DNA from: Eledone cirrhosa
Lineage: Eukaryota
Length of the DNA: 64,000 bases
Assembly: GCA_964016885.1 (NCBI GenBank)
Contig: OZ024752.1
Span: 6,758,001 to 6,822,000, forward strand
Direction of reading: 5' to 3'
The notes under the pieces were generated by a model. That model was not told the origin of the DNA, searched no databases, and saw only the letters and a program-made list of their open reading frames with translations. How positions within the stretch are numbered: position 1 is the first letter of the stretch; each line of letters starts with the position of its first letter. This document shows positions 36,855 through 50,260 of this stretch, piece by piece. Both the position numbers and the translations under genes were made by a program.

Positions 36855-37660
36855 TAGAGAGATATCAGTGGTCTAGTGAGAGAGAGAGGGGGGGGAGACA
36901 TCAGTGGTCTAGTGAGAGAGAGGGGGGAGAGAGACATCAGTGGTCTAGTGAGAGAGAGGGGGGAGAGAGACATCAGTGGTCTAGTGAGAGAGAGGGGGGA
37001 GAGAGACATCAGTGGTCTAGTGAGAGAGGGGGGAGAGAGACATCAGTGGTCTAGTGAGAGAGAGGGGGAGAGGGAGGGAGACATTAGTGGTCTAGTGAGA
37101 GAGAGAGAGGGAGGGAGAGAGACATCAGTGGTCTAGTGAGAGAGAGGGGGGAGAGAGACATCAGTGGTCTAGTGAGAGAGAGGGGGGAGAGAGACATCAG
37201 TGGTCTAGTGAGAGAGAGGGGGGAGAGAGACATCAGTGGTCTAGTGAGAGAGAGGGGGGAGAGACATCAGTGGTCTAGTGAGAGAGAGGGGGGAGAGAGA
37301 CATCAGTGGTCTAGTGAGAGAGAGGGGGAGAGAGAGATATCAGTGGTCTAGTAAGAGAGAGGGAGAGGGAGGGGGACATTAGTGGTCTAGTGAGAGAGAG
37401 AGGGAGGGAGAGAGACATCAGTGGTCTAGTGAGAGAGAGAGAGAGACATCAGTGGTCTAGTGAGAGAGAGGGGGGAGAGAGACATCAGTGGTCTAGTGAG
37501 AGAGAGGGGGGAGAGAGACATCAGTGGTCTAGTGAGAGAGAAGAGGGGGGAGAGAGACATCGGTGGTCTAGTGAGAGAGAAGAGGGGGAGAGAGACATCG
37601 GTGGTCTAGTGAGAGAGGTGGGGAGACATCAGTGGTCTAGTGAGAGAGAGGGGGGGGGGA
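36855..37660. repeat. ~36-bp minisatellite GAGAGACATCAGTGGTCTAGTGAGAGAGAGGGGGGA
   Basis: About 22 units with variable GA/G runs. Confidence 0.95.
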
Positions 37661-38134
37661 GGCATCATCAGAAATGAAATGTGGAAAGGAAAGAAGAGAG
37701 AAAATGAGGGGAAAATTTAAAATAAATAAAAGCATAGATAACCCTCTCCCCTCCTCCCACCCAGAACCTATCTACACCACCTCCCAGCAAAACCAAATCT
37801 ATACCCCTCCCCCTTCCCACCCTACACCCAGTCTATTTAGTAATGTACCAAACATACAACCACCATTTATATTCTTGCAGGTGTTTGTTTCAGAAGTGTT
37901 TTTGTTTGTTATTGTTTTAAACCAAAAATAGAGAATTTTAATGTTCTTTCATCTAGAGAGAATGAAAATAATATCCAAGCTTGCTGACCAGACAACAGAG
38001 TCGGCCCTCCTTTGGGAGTTTACTAATTAATAATATCCTATATACATACATATATATATAATTTAATATAGAAATGGTTTCTACCAGACTAAAACTGTTT
38101 CATTCAAAGGAAATCATTAGGTCACGCACACAGC

Positions 38135-38252
38135 AGGCACGTGGCTGAATAGTTAGAGAGTTGGATTCTCAATCGTGAGGTTGTGAGTTTCATTCCCGGA
38201 CCAGGCGATGTGCTATGTCCTTGGGCAAGACACTTATTTCCATGTTGCTCCG
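38135..38252 (+). mobile_element. tRNA-SINE head (3'-truncated)
   Basis: GGCACGTGGCTGAATAGTTAGAG...GTCCTTGGGCAAGACACTTATTTCCATGTTGCTCC. Confidence 0.7.
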
Positions 38253-38346
38253 ACCTGGAGTTGCGACCGATAGATAGTATTAGCAATTAGAAAGACCAAT
38301 GGAAACATTGTTTCCTCGGTCCGATTTGATGAAAGTCAATCGACTG

Positions 38347-38420
<74 letters not shown>

Positions 38421-38912
38421 GCAAGTATTGCATCAAGAAAAATATAGACTTTGGTGAGAAAGGAGAGTAAGAATTTATTCGCTTTAACATATGTTTCTGT
38501 GTTAATTTAATAGTCTACATATGCTGACTACAATATATATTGATCAATCAGATGCAAAATATAGCCGCCGCCGCCGCCGACGAGTTAAACTATTAAATAA
38601 TTGTGATAGAATGTTGTCAAGTTTCTTTTATTTTAAAATTCATTAAATATCTGAAGGCATTGCTTCGGCATGAATTGAAGATGTGGATCTAAGACACCCT
38701 GGGATGAGTTTCAACTTCCTTATATTATTTTACAAGAGGAATACAACTTATTACCAGTCCTGGCTTTCACATCAACATCTGTATCATCTTATCTGGTCAA
38801 TGATGCTGCTCTACGTATGTAAAGTTTGATAATCTTTCAGGTGTGACATTTTTAATGTGTTCTGACTTTTCTGTAATTGCATTGAGTAACATAACCTTGG
38901 ATTAGTTTCTAT

Positions 38913-41900
38913 GACTGTTGACACCAACCTGTACTAGTGTCTATAACAGTACTATCACTGTTGACACCAACCTGTACTAGTGTCTATAACAGTACTATCA
39001 CTGTTGACACCAACCTGTACTAGTGTCTATAACAGTACTATCACTGTTGACACCAACCTGTACTAGTGTCTATAACAGTACTATCACTGTTGACACCAAC
39101 CTGTACTAGTGTCTATAATAGTACTATCACTGTTGACACCAACCTGTACTAGTGTCTATAACAGTACTATCACTGTTGACACCAACCTGTACTAGTGTCT
39201 ATAAAAGTACTATCACTGTTGACACCAACCTGTACTAGTGTCTATAACAGTACTATCACTGTTGACACCAACCTGTACTAGTGTCTATAACAGTACTATC
39301 ACTGTTGACACCAACCTGTACTAGTGTCTATAACAGTACTATCACTGTTGACACCAACCTGTACTAGTGTCTATAACAGTACTATCACTGTTGACACCAA
39401 CCTGTACTAGTGTCTATAACAGTACTATCACTGTTGACACCAACCTGTACTAGTGTCTATAACAGTACTATCACTGTTGACACCAACCTGTACTAGTGTC
39501 TATAACAGTACTATCACTGTTGACACCAACCTGTACTAGTGTCTATAACAGTTCTATCACTGTTGACACCAACCTGTACTAGTGTCTATAACACTTCTAT
39601 CACTGTTGACACCAACCTGTACTAGTGTCTATAACAGTACTATCACTGTTGACACCAACCTGTACTAGTGTCTATAACAGTACTATCACTGTTGACACCA
39701 ACCTGTACTAGTGTCTATAACACTTCTATCACTGTTGACACCAACCTGTACTAGTGTCTATAACAGTACTATCACTGTTGACACCAACCTGTACTAGTGT
39801 CTATAACACTTCTATCACTGTTGACACCAACCTGTACTAGTGTCTATAACAGTACTATCACTGTTGACACCAACCTGTACTAGTGTCTATAACAGTACTA
39901 TCACTGTTGACACCAACCTGTACTAGTGTCTATAACAGTACTATCACTGTTGACACCAACCTGTACTAGTGTCTATAACAGTACTATCACTGTTGACACC
40001 AACCTGTACTAGTGTCTATAACACTTCTATCACTGTTGACACCAACCTGTACTAGTGTCTATAACAGTACTATCACTGTTGACACCAACCTGTACTAGTG
40101 TCTATAACAGTACTATCACTGTTGACACCAACCTGTACTAGTGTCTATAACAGTACTATCACTGTTGACACCAACCTGTACTAGTGTCTATAACAGTACT
40201 ATCACTGTTGACACCAACCTGTACTAGTGTCTATAACAGTACTATCACTGTTGACACCAACCTGTACTAGTGTCTATAACAGTTCTATCACTGTTGACAC
40301 CAACCTGTACTAGTGTCTATAACAGTTCTATCACTGTTGACACCAACCTGTACTAGTGTCTATAACACTTCTATCACTGTTGACACCAACCTGTACTAGT
40401 GTCTATAACAGTACTATCACTGTTGACACCAACCTGTACTAGTGTCTATAACAGTACTATCACTGTTGACACCAACCTGTACTAGTGTCTATAACAGTTC
40501 TATCACTGTTGACACCAACCTGTACTAGTGTCTATAACAGTACTATCACTGTTGACACCAACCTGTACTAGTGTCTATAACAGTACTATCACTGTTGACA
40601 CCAACCTGTACTAGTGTCTATAACAGTACTATCACTGTTGACACCAACCTGTACTAGTGTCTATAACAGTTCTATCACTGTTGACACCAACCTGTACTAG
40701 TGTCTATAACACTTCTATCACTGTTGACACCAACCTGTACTAGTGTCTATAACAGTACTATCACTGTTGACACCAACCTGTACTAGTGTCTATAACAGTA
40801 CTATCACTGTTGACACCAACCTGTACTAGTGTCTATAACAGTACTATCACTGTTGACACAAACCTGTACTAGTGTCTACAACAGTACTATCACTGTTGAC
40901 ACCAACCTGTACTAGTGTCTATAACAGTACTATCACTGTTGACACCAACCTGTACTAGTGTCTATAACAGTACTATCACTGTTGACACCAACCTGTACTA
41001 GTGTCTATAACAGTACTATCACTGTTGACACCAACCTGTACTAGTGTCTATAACAGTACTATCACTGTTGACACCAACCTGTACTAGTGTCTATAACACT
41101 TCTATCACTGTTGACACCAACCTGTACTAGTGTCTATAACAGTACTATCACTGTTGACACCAACCTGTACTAGTGTCTATAACAGTACTATCACTGTTGA
41201 CACCAACCTGTACTAGTGTCTATAACAGTACTATCACTGTTGACACCAACCTGTACTAGTGTCTATAACAGTACTATCACTGTTGACACCAACCTGTACT
41301 AGTGTCTATAACAGTACTATCACTGTTGACACCAACCTGTACTAGTGTCTATAACAGTACTATCACTGTTGACACCAACCTGTACTAGTGTCTATAACAC
41401 TTCTATCACTGTTGACACCAACCTGTACTAGTGTCTATAACAGTACTATCACTGTTGACACCAACCTGTACTAGTGTCTATAACAGTACTATCACTGTTG
41501 ACACCAACCTGTACTAGTGTCTATAACACTTCTATCACTGTTGACACCAACCTGTACTAGTGTCTATAACAGTACTATCACTGTTGACACCAACCTGTAC
41601 TAGTGTCTATAACAGTACTATCACTGTTGACACCAACCTGTACTAGTGTCTATAATAGTACTATCACTGTTGACACCAACCTGTACTAGTGTCTATAATA
41701 GTACTATCACTGTTGACACCAACCTGTACTAGTGTCTATAACAGTACTATCACTGTTGACACCAACCTGTACTAGTGTCTATAACAGTACTATCACTGTT
41801 GACACCAACCTGTACTAGTGTCTATAATAGTACTATCACTGTTGACACCAACCTGTACTAGTGTCTATAATAGTACTATCACTGTTGACACCAACCTGTA

Positions 41901-44900
41901 CTAGTGTCTATAACAGTACTATCACTGTTGACACCAACCTGTACTAGTGTCTATAACAGTACTATCACTGTTGACACCAACCTGTACTAGTGTCTATAAT
42001 AGTACTATCACTGTTGACACCAACCTGTACTAGTGTCTATAACAGTACTATCACTGTTGACACCAACCTGTACTAGTGTCTATAACAGTACTATCACTGT
42101 TGACACCAACCTGTACTAGTGTCTATAACAGTACTATCACTGTTGACACCAACCTGTACTAGTGTCTATAACACTTCTATCACTGTTGACACCAACCTGT
42201 ACTAGTGTCTATAACAGTACTATCACTGTTGACACCAACCTGTACTAGTGTCTATAACAGTACTATCACTGTTGACACCAACCTGTACTAGTGTCTATAA
42301 CAGTTCTATCACTGTTGACACCAACCTGTACTAGTGTCTATAATAGTACTATCACTGTTGACACCAACCTGTACTAGTGTCTATAACAGTACTATCACTG
42401 TTGACACCAACCTGTACTAGTGTCTATAACAGTACTATCACTGTTGACACCAACCTGTACTAGTGTCTATAATAGTACTATCACTGTTGACACCAACCTG
42501 TACTAGTGTCTATAACAGTACTATCACTGTTGACACCAACCTGTACTAGTGTCTATAACAGTACTATCACTGTTGACACCAACCTGTACTAGTGTCTATA
42601 ACAGTACTATCACTGTTGACACCAACCTGTACTAGTGTCTATAACACTTCTATCACTGTTGACACCAACCTGTACTAGTGTCTATAACAGTACTATCACT
42701 GTTGACACCAACCTGTACTAGTGTCTATAACAGTACTATCACTGTTGACACCAACCTGTACTAGTGTCTATAACAGTACTATCACTGTTGACACCAACCT
42801 GTACTAGTGTCTATAACAGTACTATCACTGTTGACACCAACCTGTACTAGTGTCTATAACACTTCTATCACTGTTGACACCAACCTGTACTAGTGTCTAT
42901 AAAAGTACTATCACTGTTGACACCAACCTGTACTAGTGTCTATAACAGTACTATCACTGTTGCCACCAACCTGTACTAGTGTCTATAATAGTACTATCAC
43001 TGTTGACACCAACCTGTACTAGTGTCTATAACAGTACTATCACTGTTGACACCAACCTGTACTAGTGTCTATAACAGTACTATCACTGTTGACACCAACC
43101 TGTACTAGTGTCTATAACAGTACTATCACTGTTGACACCAACCTGTACTAGTGTCTATAACAGTACTATCACTGTTGACACCAACCTGTACTAGTGTCTA
43201 TAACAGTACTATCACTGTTGACACCAACCTGTACTAATGTCTATAACAGTACTATCACTGTTGACACCAACCTGTACTAGTGTCTATAACAGTACTATCA
43301 CTGTTGACACCAACCTGTACTAGTGTCTATAACAGTACTATCACTGTTGACACCAACCTGTACTAGTGTCTATAACAGTACTATCACTGTTGACACCAAC
43401 CTGTACTAGTGTCTATAACAGTTCTATCACTGTTGACACCAACCTGTACTAGTGTCTATAACAGTACTATCACTGTTGACACCAACCTGTACTAGTGTCT
43501 ATAACAGTACTATCACTGTTGACACCAACCTGTACTAGTGTCTATAACAGTACTATCACTGTTGACACCAACCTGTACTAGTGTCTATAATAGTACTATC
43601 ACTGTTGACACCAACCTGTACTAGTGTCTATAACAGTACTATCACTGTTGACACCAACCTGTACTAGTGTCTATAACAGTACTATCACTGTTGACACCAA
43701 CCTGTACTAGTGTCTATAACAGTACTATCACTGTTGCCACCAACCTGTACTAGTGTCTATAATAGTACTATCACTGTTGACACCAACCTGTACTAGTGTC
43801 TATAACAGTACTATCACTGTTGACACCAACCTGTACTAGTGTCTATAACAGTTCTATCACTGTTGACACCAACCTGTACTAGTGTCTATAACAGTACTAT
43901 CACTGTTGACACCAACCTGTACTAGTGTCTATAACAGTACTATCACTGTTGACACCAACCTGTACTAGTGTCTATAACAGTACTATCACTGTTGACACCA
44001 ACCTGTACTAGTGTCTATAACAGTACTATCACTGTTGACACCAACCTGTACTAGTGTCTATAACAGTACTATCACTGTTGACACCAACCTGTACTAGTGT
44101 CTATAACAGTACTATCACTGTTGACACCAACCTGTACTAGTGTCTATAACAGTACTATCACTGTTGACACCAACCTGTACTAGTGTCTATAACAGTTCTA
44201 TCACTGTTGACACCAACCTGTACTAGTGTCTATAACAGTACTATCACTGTTGACACCAACCTGTACTAGTGTCTATAACAGTACTATCACTGTTGACACC
44301 AACCTGTACTAGTGTCTATAACAGTACTATCACTGTTGACACCAACCTGTACTAGTGTCTATAACAGTACTATCACTGTTGACACCAACCTGTACTAGTG
44401 TCTATAATAGTACTATCACTGTTGACACCAACCTGTACTAGTGTCTATAACAGTACTATCACTGTTGACACCAACCTGTACTAGTGTCTATAACAGTACT
44501 ATCACTGTTGACACCAACCTGTACTAGTGTCTATAACAGTACTATCACTGTTGCCACCAACCTGTACTAGTGTCTATAATAGTACTATCACTGTTGACAC
44601 CAACCTGTACTAGTGTCTATAACAGTACTATCACTGTTGACACCAACCTGTACTAGTGTCTATAACAGTTCTATCACTGTTGACACCAACCTGTACTAGT
44701 GTCTATAACAGTACTATCACTGTTGACACCAACCTGTACTAGTGTCTATAACAGTACTATCACTGTTGACACCAACCTGTACTAGTGTCTATAACAGTAC
44801 TATCACTGTTGACACCAACCTGTACTAGTGTCTATAACAGTACTATCACTGTTGACACCAACCTGTACTAGTGTCTATAACAGTACTATCACTGTTGACA

Positions 44901-45650
44901 CCAACCTGTACTAGTGTCTATAACAGTACTATCACTGTTGACACCAACCTGTACTAGTGTCTATAACAGTACTATCACTGTTGACACCAACCTGTACTAG
45001 TGTCTATAACAGTTCTATCACTGTTGACACCAACCTGTACTAGTGTCTATAACAGTACTATCACTGTTGACACCAACCTGTACTAGTGTCTATAACAGTA
45101 CTATCACTGTTGACACCAACCTGTACTAGTGTCTATAACAGTACTATCACTGTTGACACCAACCTGTACTAGTGTCTATAACAGTACTATCACTGTTGAC
45201 ACCAACCTGTACTAGTGTCTATAACAGTACTATCACTGTTGACACCAACCTGTACTAGTGTCTATAACAGTACTATCACTGTTGACACCAACCTGTACTA
45301 GTGTCTATAACAGTACTATCACTGTTGACACCAACCTGTACTAGTGTCTATAACAGTTCTATCACTGTTGACACCAACCTGTACTAGTGTCTATAACAGT
45401 ACTATCACTGTTGACACCAACCTGTACTAGTGTCTATAACAGTACTATCACTGTTGACACCAACCTGTACTAGTGTCTATAACAGTACTATCACTGTTGA
45501 CACCAACCTGTACTAGTGTCTATAACAGTACTATCACTGTTGACACCAACCTGTACTAGTGTCTATAACAGTACTATCACTGTTGACACCAACCTGTACT
45601 AGTGTCTATAACAGTACTATCACTGTTGACACCAACCTGTACTAGTGTCT
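38913..45650. repeat. 43-bp satellite array, about 155 copies (CACTGTTGACACCAACCTGTACTAGTGTCTATAACAGTACTAT)
   Basis: Head-to-tail units with very low divergence and no spacers. Confidence 0.98.
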
Positions 45651-45749
45651 GTGTCTTTACTCAATATTTCTATGGACCTCCTTCCACACAAGACTTCTGC
45701 TGTTAACTTCTGTTATCAGTGAAGCAATCATTAAAGGTTAGTTTGGTGA

Positions 45750-46250
45750 AGGTGAGAGGGAGACAGAGAAATGGTGGAGGTGAGAGAGGGAAGACAGAGA
45801 GAGAGAGATAGTGGAGGTGAGAGAGGGAAGACAGAGAGAGAGAGATAGTGGAGGTGAGAGAGGGAAGACAGAGAGAGAGAGACAGTGGAGGTGAGAGAGA
45901 GAAGACAGAGATAGAGAGATAGTGGAGGTGAGAGAGGGAAGACAGAGAGAGAGAAATGGTGGTGAGAGAGGGAAGACAGAGATAGAGAGATGGTGGAGGT
46001 GAGAGGAGGGGGACATAGATAGAGAGATGGTGGAGGTGAGAGGAGGGGGACAGAGATAGAGAAATGGTGGTGAGAGAGGGAAGACAGAGATAGAGAGATG
46101 GTGGAGGTGAGAGGAGGGGGACAGAGATAGAGAGATGGTGGAGGTGAGAGGAGGGGGACAGAGATAGAGAGATGGTGGAGGTGAGAGGAGGGGGACAGAG
46201 ATAGAGAGATGGTGGAGGTGAGAGGAGGGGGACAGAGATAGAGAGATGGT
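45750..46250. repeat. GA-rich ~37-40-bp minisatellite
   Basis: GATGGTGGAGGTGAGAGGAGGGGGACAGAGATAGAGA units. Confidence 0.9.
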
Positions 46251-46424
46251 AAGAAGACAAGAGATGAGACAAGATTTCTTAGAAGGAGCGGGAGGAGTGA
46301 AGAAGAAAGACTTTGAAGACAGCCTTGTATAAATGGGACAAATCATTAAATAGTCAAGTTTAAAGAGAGAAAGGAGGCCATGTAAACATTGGCATGGGGT
46401 GCTGCATCCAGGAGCATCAGAGAC

Positions 46425-46690
46425 TGTGGGTGGGGACAGGGTGGGGACAGAGGTAGGGACGGGGGGGGGGGCGTGGTGGGGACGGGGGGGCAGAGGTGGG
46501 GACAGAGGTGGGGACAGGGTAGGACAGAGGTGGGGACAGGGTAGGACAGGGGTGGTGACAGGGTGGGGACAGGGGTGGTGACAGGGTGGGGTGGCGGGGT
46601 GGTGACAGGGGGGACAGAGGTGGAGACAGGGTAGGGACAGGGGTGGTGACAGGGTGGGGACAGGGGTGGTGACAGGGGTGGGGACAGGAA
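46425..46690. repeat. G-rich ~12-bp repeat (GGGTGGGGACAG / GGGTGGTGACAG)
   Basis: Dense G3-G4 runs. Confidence 0.85.
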
Positions 46691-46843
46691 TAGTGATGAT
46701 CTTCTGTGTGTGAGAATTACAGTATTGGCATATTTAGCAAAATGGGGCATTGGTGGTGTGTCTGTGTTGAGGACTGTATAAACATGTTTATGTGTAGGTA
46801 TTTGAAGGTTTGTGTGTATATATGTGTGTGTGAGTGAGTTTTA

Positions 46844-46884
<41 letters not shown>

Positions 46885-47049
46885 TATGTATATATATATA
46901 TATATAATATATATATAATTCAAGAAAGAAGAGTGACATGGTTCGCTATACAATAAGGGTTTATTCACATTGCTGACAATTGTTTCTTTGATCTGGTAAG
47001 ACTAGAGTTCGCTATCCGCCTGATTATGCACCTACCCATCTCCAATACT

Positions 47050-47120
47050 TTGTTTATAACCAGTTTATAACCAGTTTATAACCAGTTTATAACCAGTTTA
47101 TAACCAGTTTATAACCAGTT
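47050..47120. repeat. 11-bp tandem repeat TTTATAACCAG
   Basis: 6 copies. Confidence 0.9.
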
Positions 47121-47245
47121 GTTTTCGTCAGAGCAGGTGAACTACACAAACTACTCCAACTGGACTACATCTAAGTGGACTGCCTATAACGATAATCTGT
47201 TACCCCGTGTCAGTCTAAAATCTTTTCCTGAGTCCAACCATTTTC

Positions 47246-47259
47246 GTTGCCATGGCAAT
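47246..47259. promoter_or_regulatory. RFX X-box-like palindrome GTTGCCATGGCAAT
   Basis: 13/14 match to GTTGCCATGGCAAC in a CpG-containing unique stretch. Function unproven. Confidence 0.3.
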
Positions 47260-47469
47260 GCGGCTGGACTGCCGATCGCTATATTTGATTTGCAAAGCTG
47301 TCTTAACATATTGTTATTACTCTGGGGTACTATTCCCTATTGAGTGCTAAAGCTACATACCGAATTTGCATTCGTTAGCTTGGCCGCAACCTAAAGCTTC
47401 GTTAATGTTGTACTAAAATGTGTACAAGCTGAAGCATATAGACAATATGCCCCCACACCACCCACCGCA

Positions 47470-47714
47470 AGGTGGTCGTGGAGGTGCCACGGCAAAAAAG
47501 CACCCAGCCCATTCTGTAAAGTGGGCGTGTAGGCGCCAAGCACTCACTGTAAATGAGGTTGGTGTTAGGAAGGGCATCCAGCTGTAGAAATCAAGCCAAA
47601 TCAGTTCCTGTATGAGCAAGGCATGGTCAGCCGACCAGACACTGCCCACAACAGGACAACCCATCTAACCCATGCTAGCGTGGAAGAACGGACGTAAAAC
47701 GGTGATGATGATGA

Positions 47715-47762
<48 letters not shown>

Positions 47763-47922
47763 GTGGTTGGTTCCACACTGTAAATGTGGTTGGTGTTAGG
47801 AAGGGCATCCAGCTGTAGAAAACCTGCCCGACAGTCCTATACGAGCGAGACACGGTCACCCAACCAATCTTGCCTCAAGTGGGACAACTCCCGTCTAACC
47901 CATGCTAAACGATGATGATGAT
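47470..47922 (+). mobile_element. Two tandem SINE family A 3' portions separated by (TA)n
   Basis: Core and (GAT)n tails at about 47717 and 47922. Confidence 0.8.
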
Positions 47923-48054
47923 ATATATACATACATGCTTTCTATGGCTGGTGCCCTTCCTATCACCAACCACTTTACAGAGTGTACTGGGTGTGTTTCT
48001 CATATAGATTACCAAACACTAGGGAGACACGTCCGTGACACACCTGAAAGATCC

Positions 48055-48954
<900 letters not shown>

Positions 48955-49081
48955 GTGAGGTTTTTTTTACAAAATGAAAAATAACCGAGGTGTCCTACAC
49001 GAGTGAAAGTATAAAGAAAAAGAGATGAAATCGAAAATGCAACTGAAGTCTTATTTTTTTTTAAAATATATTTATTTTGTT

Positions 49082-49119
49082 CCTTTACCGGTTTCGCAGT
49101 TCTTCTGCTTTTCAAAAGG
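49082..49119 (-). ncRNA. Minimal type I hammerhead, U3-A8 core variant
   Basis: Reverse complement of the motif at 49179-49216. Confidence 0.65.
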
Positions 49120-49178
49120 TTAGTTGAGATGGGGCAGCTCACATGTGAGAAAAACCACAGACCCTCCATCTCAACTCA

Positions 49179-49216
49179 CCTTTTGAAAAGCAGAAGAACT
49201 GCGAAACCGGTAAAGG
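49179..49216 (+). ncRNA. Minimal type I hammerhead, U3-A8 core variant
   Basis: CCUU UUGAAAA GCAG AAGAA CUGC GAAA CCGG UA AAGG. Confidence 0.65.
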
Positions 49217-49441
49217 AACCAAATAAATATATATATTTTTTAAAAAAATAAGACTCCAGTTGCATTTTCGATTTCATCTCTTTTTCTTTATATATATACA
49301 TATATATATGTAGAAGTTATATTTAATTTGTTGGGATACAACAAGCAAATATTTTTATAACTGATATAAAGCACTCAACAAATTATTGGAGTAAATATAC
49401 AATATATTAACAAATGGAAACTATATTTATAAAACCATATT

Positions 49442-49506
49442 TATTTCATTATACATATTTCAAGGACACCAAAGCAAATTATGGTACGCTTTCATCAGAT
49501 AAACTA
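49442..49506 (-). ncRNA. Type I hammerhead ribozyme motif (left arm)
   Basis: Minus strand: UAGUUUAU CUGAUGA AAGCGUACCA UAAUUUGCUU UGGUGUCCUU GAAA UAUGUA UA AUGAAAUA. Confidence 0.65.
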
Positions 49507-49839
49507 TAATATAGATCAGTTTTATAAACAAATATTGACATACCCTTAAAGAATGTGACCATGTCGGTTGGAAGCTTCTGGATATTGGGGTTACTAATTT
49601 TATTATTGGTCTATTATGCAAATTAGTGTCAGAGAGGTTTAAATCCCAGTACATTTAAATTTTTTTTCCCTATTCCAACGGCTTAATTTAAATGTACTGG
49701 GATTTAAACCTCTCCGACACTAATTTGCATAATAGACCAATAATAAAATTAGTAACCCCATTATCCGGGAGCTTCCAACCGACATGGTCGCATTCTTTAA
49801 GGGTATGTCAATATTTGTTTATAAAACTGATCTATATTA

Positions 49840-49904
49840 TATTTTATCTGATGAAAGCGCACCATAATTTGCTTTGGTGTCCTTGAAATATGTATAATGA
49901 AATA
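49840..49904 (+). ncRNA. Type I hammerhead ribozyme motif (right arm)
   Basis: UAUUUUAU CUGAUGA AAGCGCACCA UAAUUUGCUU UGGUGUCCUU GAAA UAUGUA UA AUGAAAUA. Confidence 0.75.
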
Positions 49905-50260
49905 AATATGGTTTTATAAATATAGTTTCCATTTGTTAATATATTGTGTATATATATATATATATATATAAATTCATACATACATACATACATACATACA
50001 TACATACATACATACACATATACATATATACATACATACACACATATATACACAATCATACACCCATACACATATACAAACACATATGGAAACACAAATA
50101 CATACATAAACCATATATACATACATACACCATATATACATACATACACACATATATACATACATACATATACACACACATATATACACCATATATACAC
50201 CATACATACATACATACACACATATACACATACATACACCATATATAGATACATACATAT

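Larger units (their letters stand above)
49010..49292. mobile_element. Palindromic element with ~125-bp arms, each carrying a minimal hammerhead (Penelope-type inverted pseudo-LTR)
   Basis: Arms 49010-49132 and 49166-49292 are near-perfect reverse complements. Ends in (TA)n. Confidence 0.75.
49399..49947. mobile_element. Palindromic element with ~262-bp arms and a 25-bp spacer, each arm carrying a hammerhead
   Basis: Arms 49399-49660 and 49686-49947. The ORF track gives near-identical peptides on opposite strands. Ends in (TA)n. Confidence 0.85.

Noticed and set aside
38913-45650. CRISPR-like array of hairpin repeats
   Set aside because: Units are head-to-tail with no unique spacers, there are no cas genes, and the context is eukaryotic.
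49460-49886. Duplicated 64-aa ORFs on opposite strands as paralogous genes
   Set aside because: They are a by-product of the palindrome, use a non-ATG start on one arm or lack any recognisable domain, and overlap the ribozyme motif.
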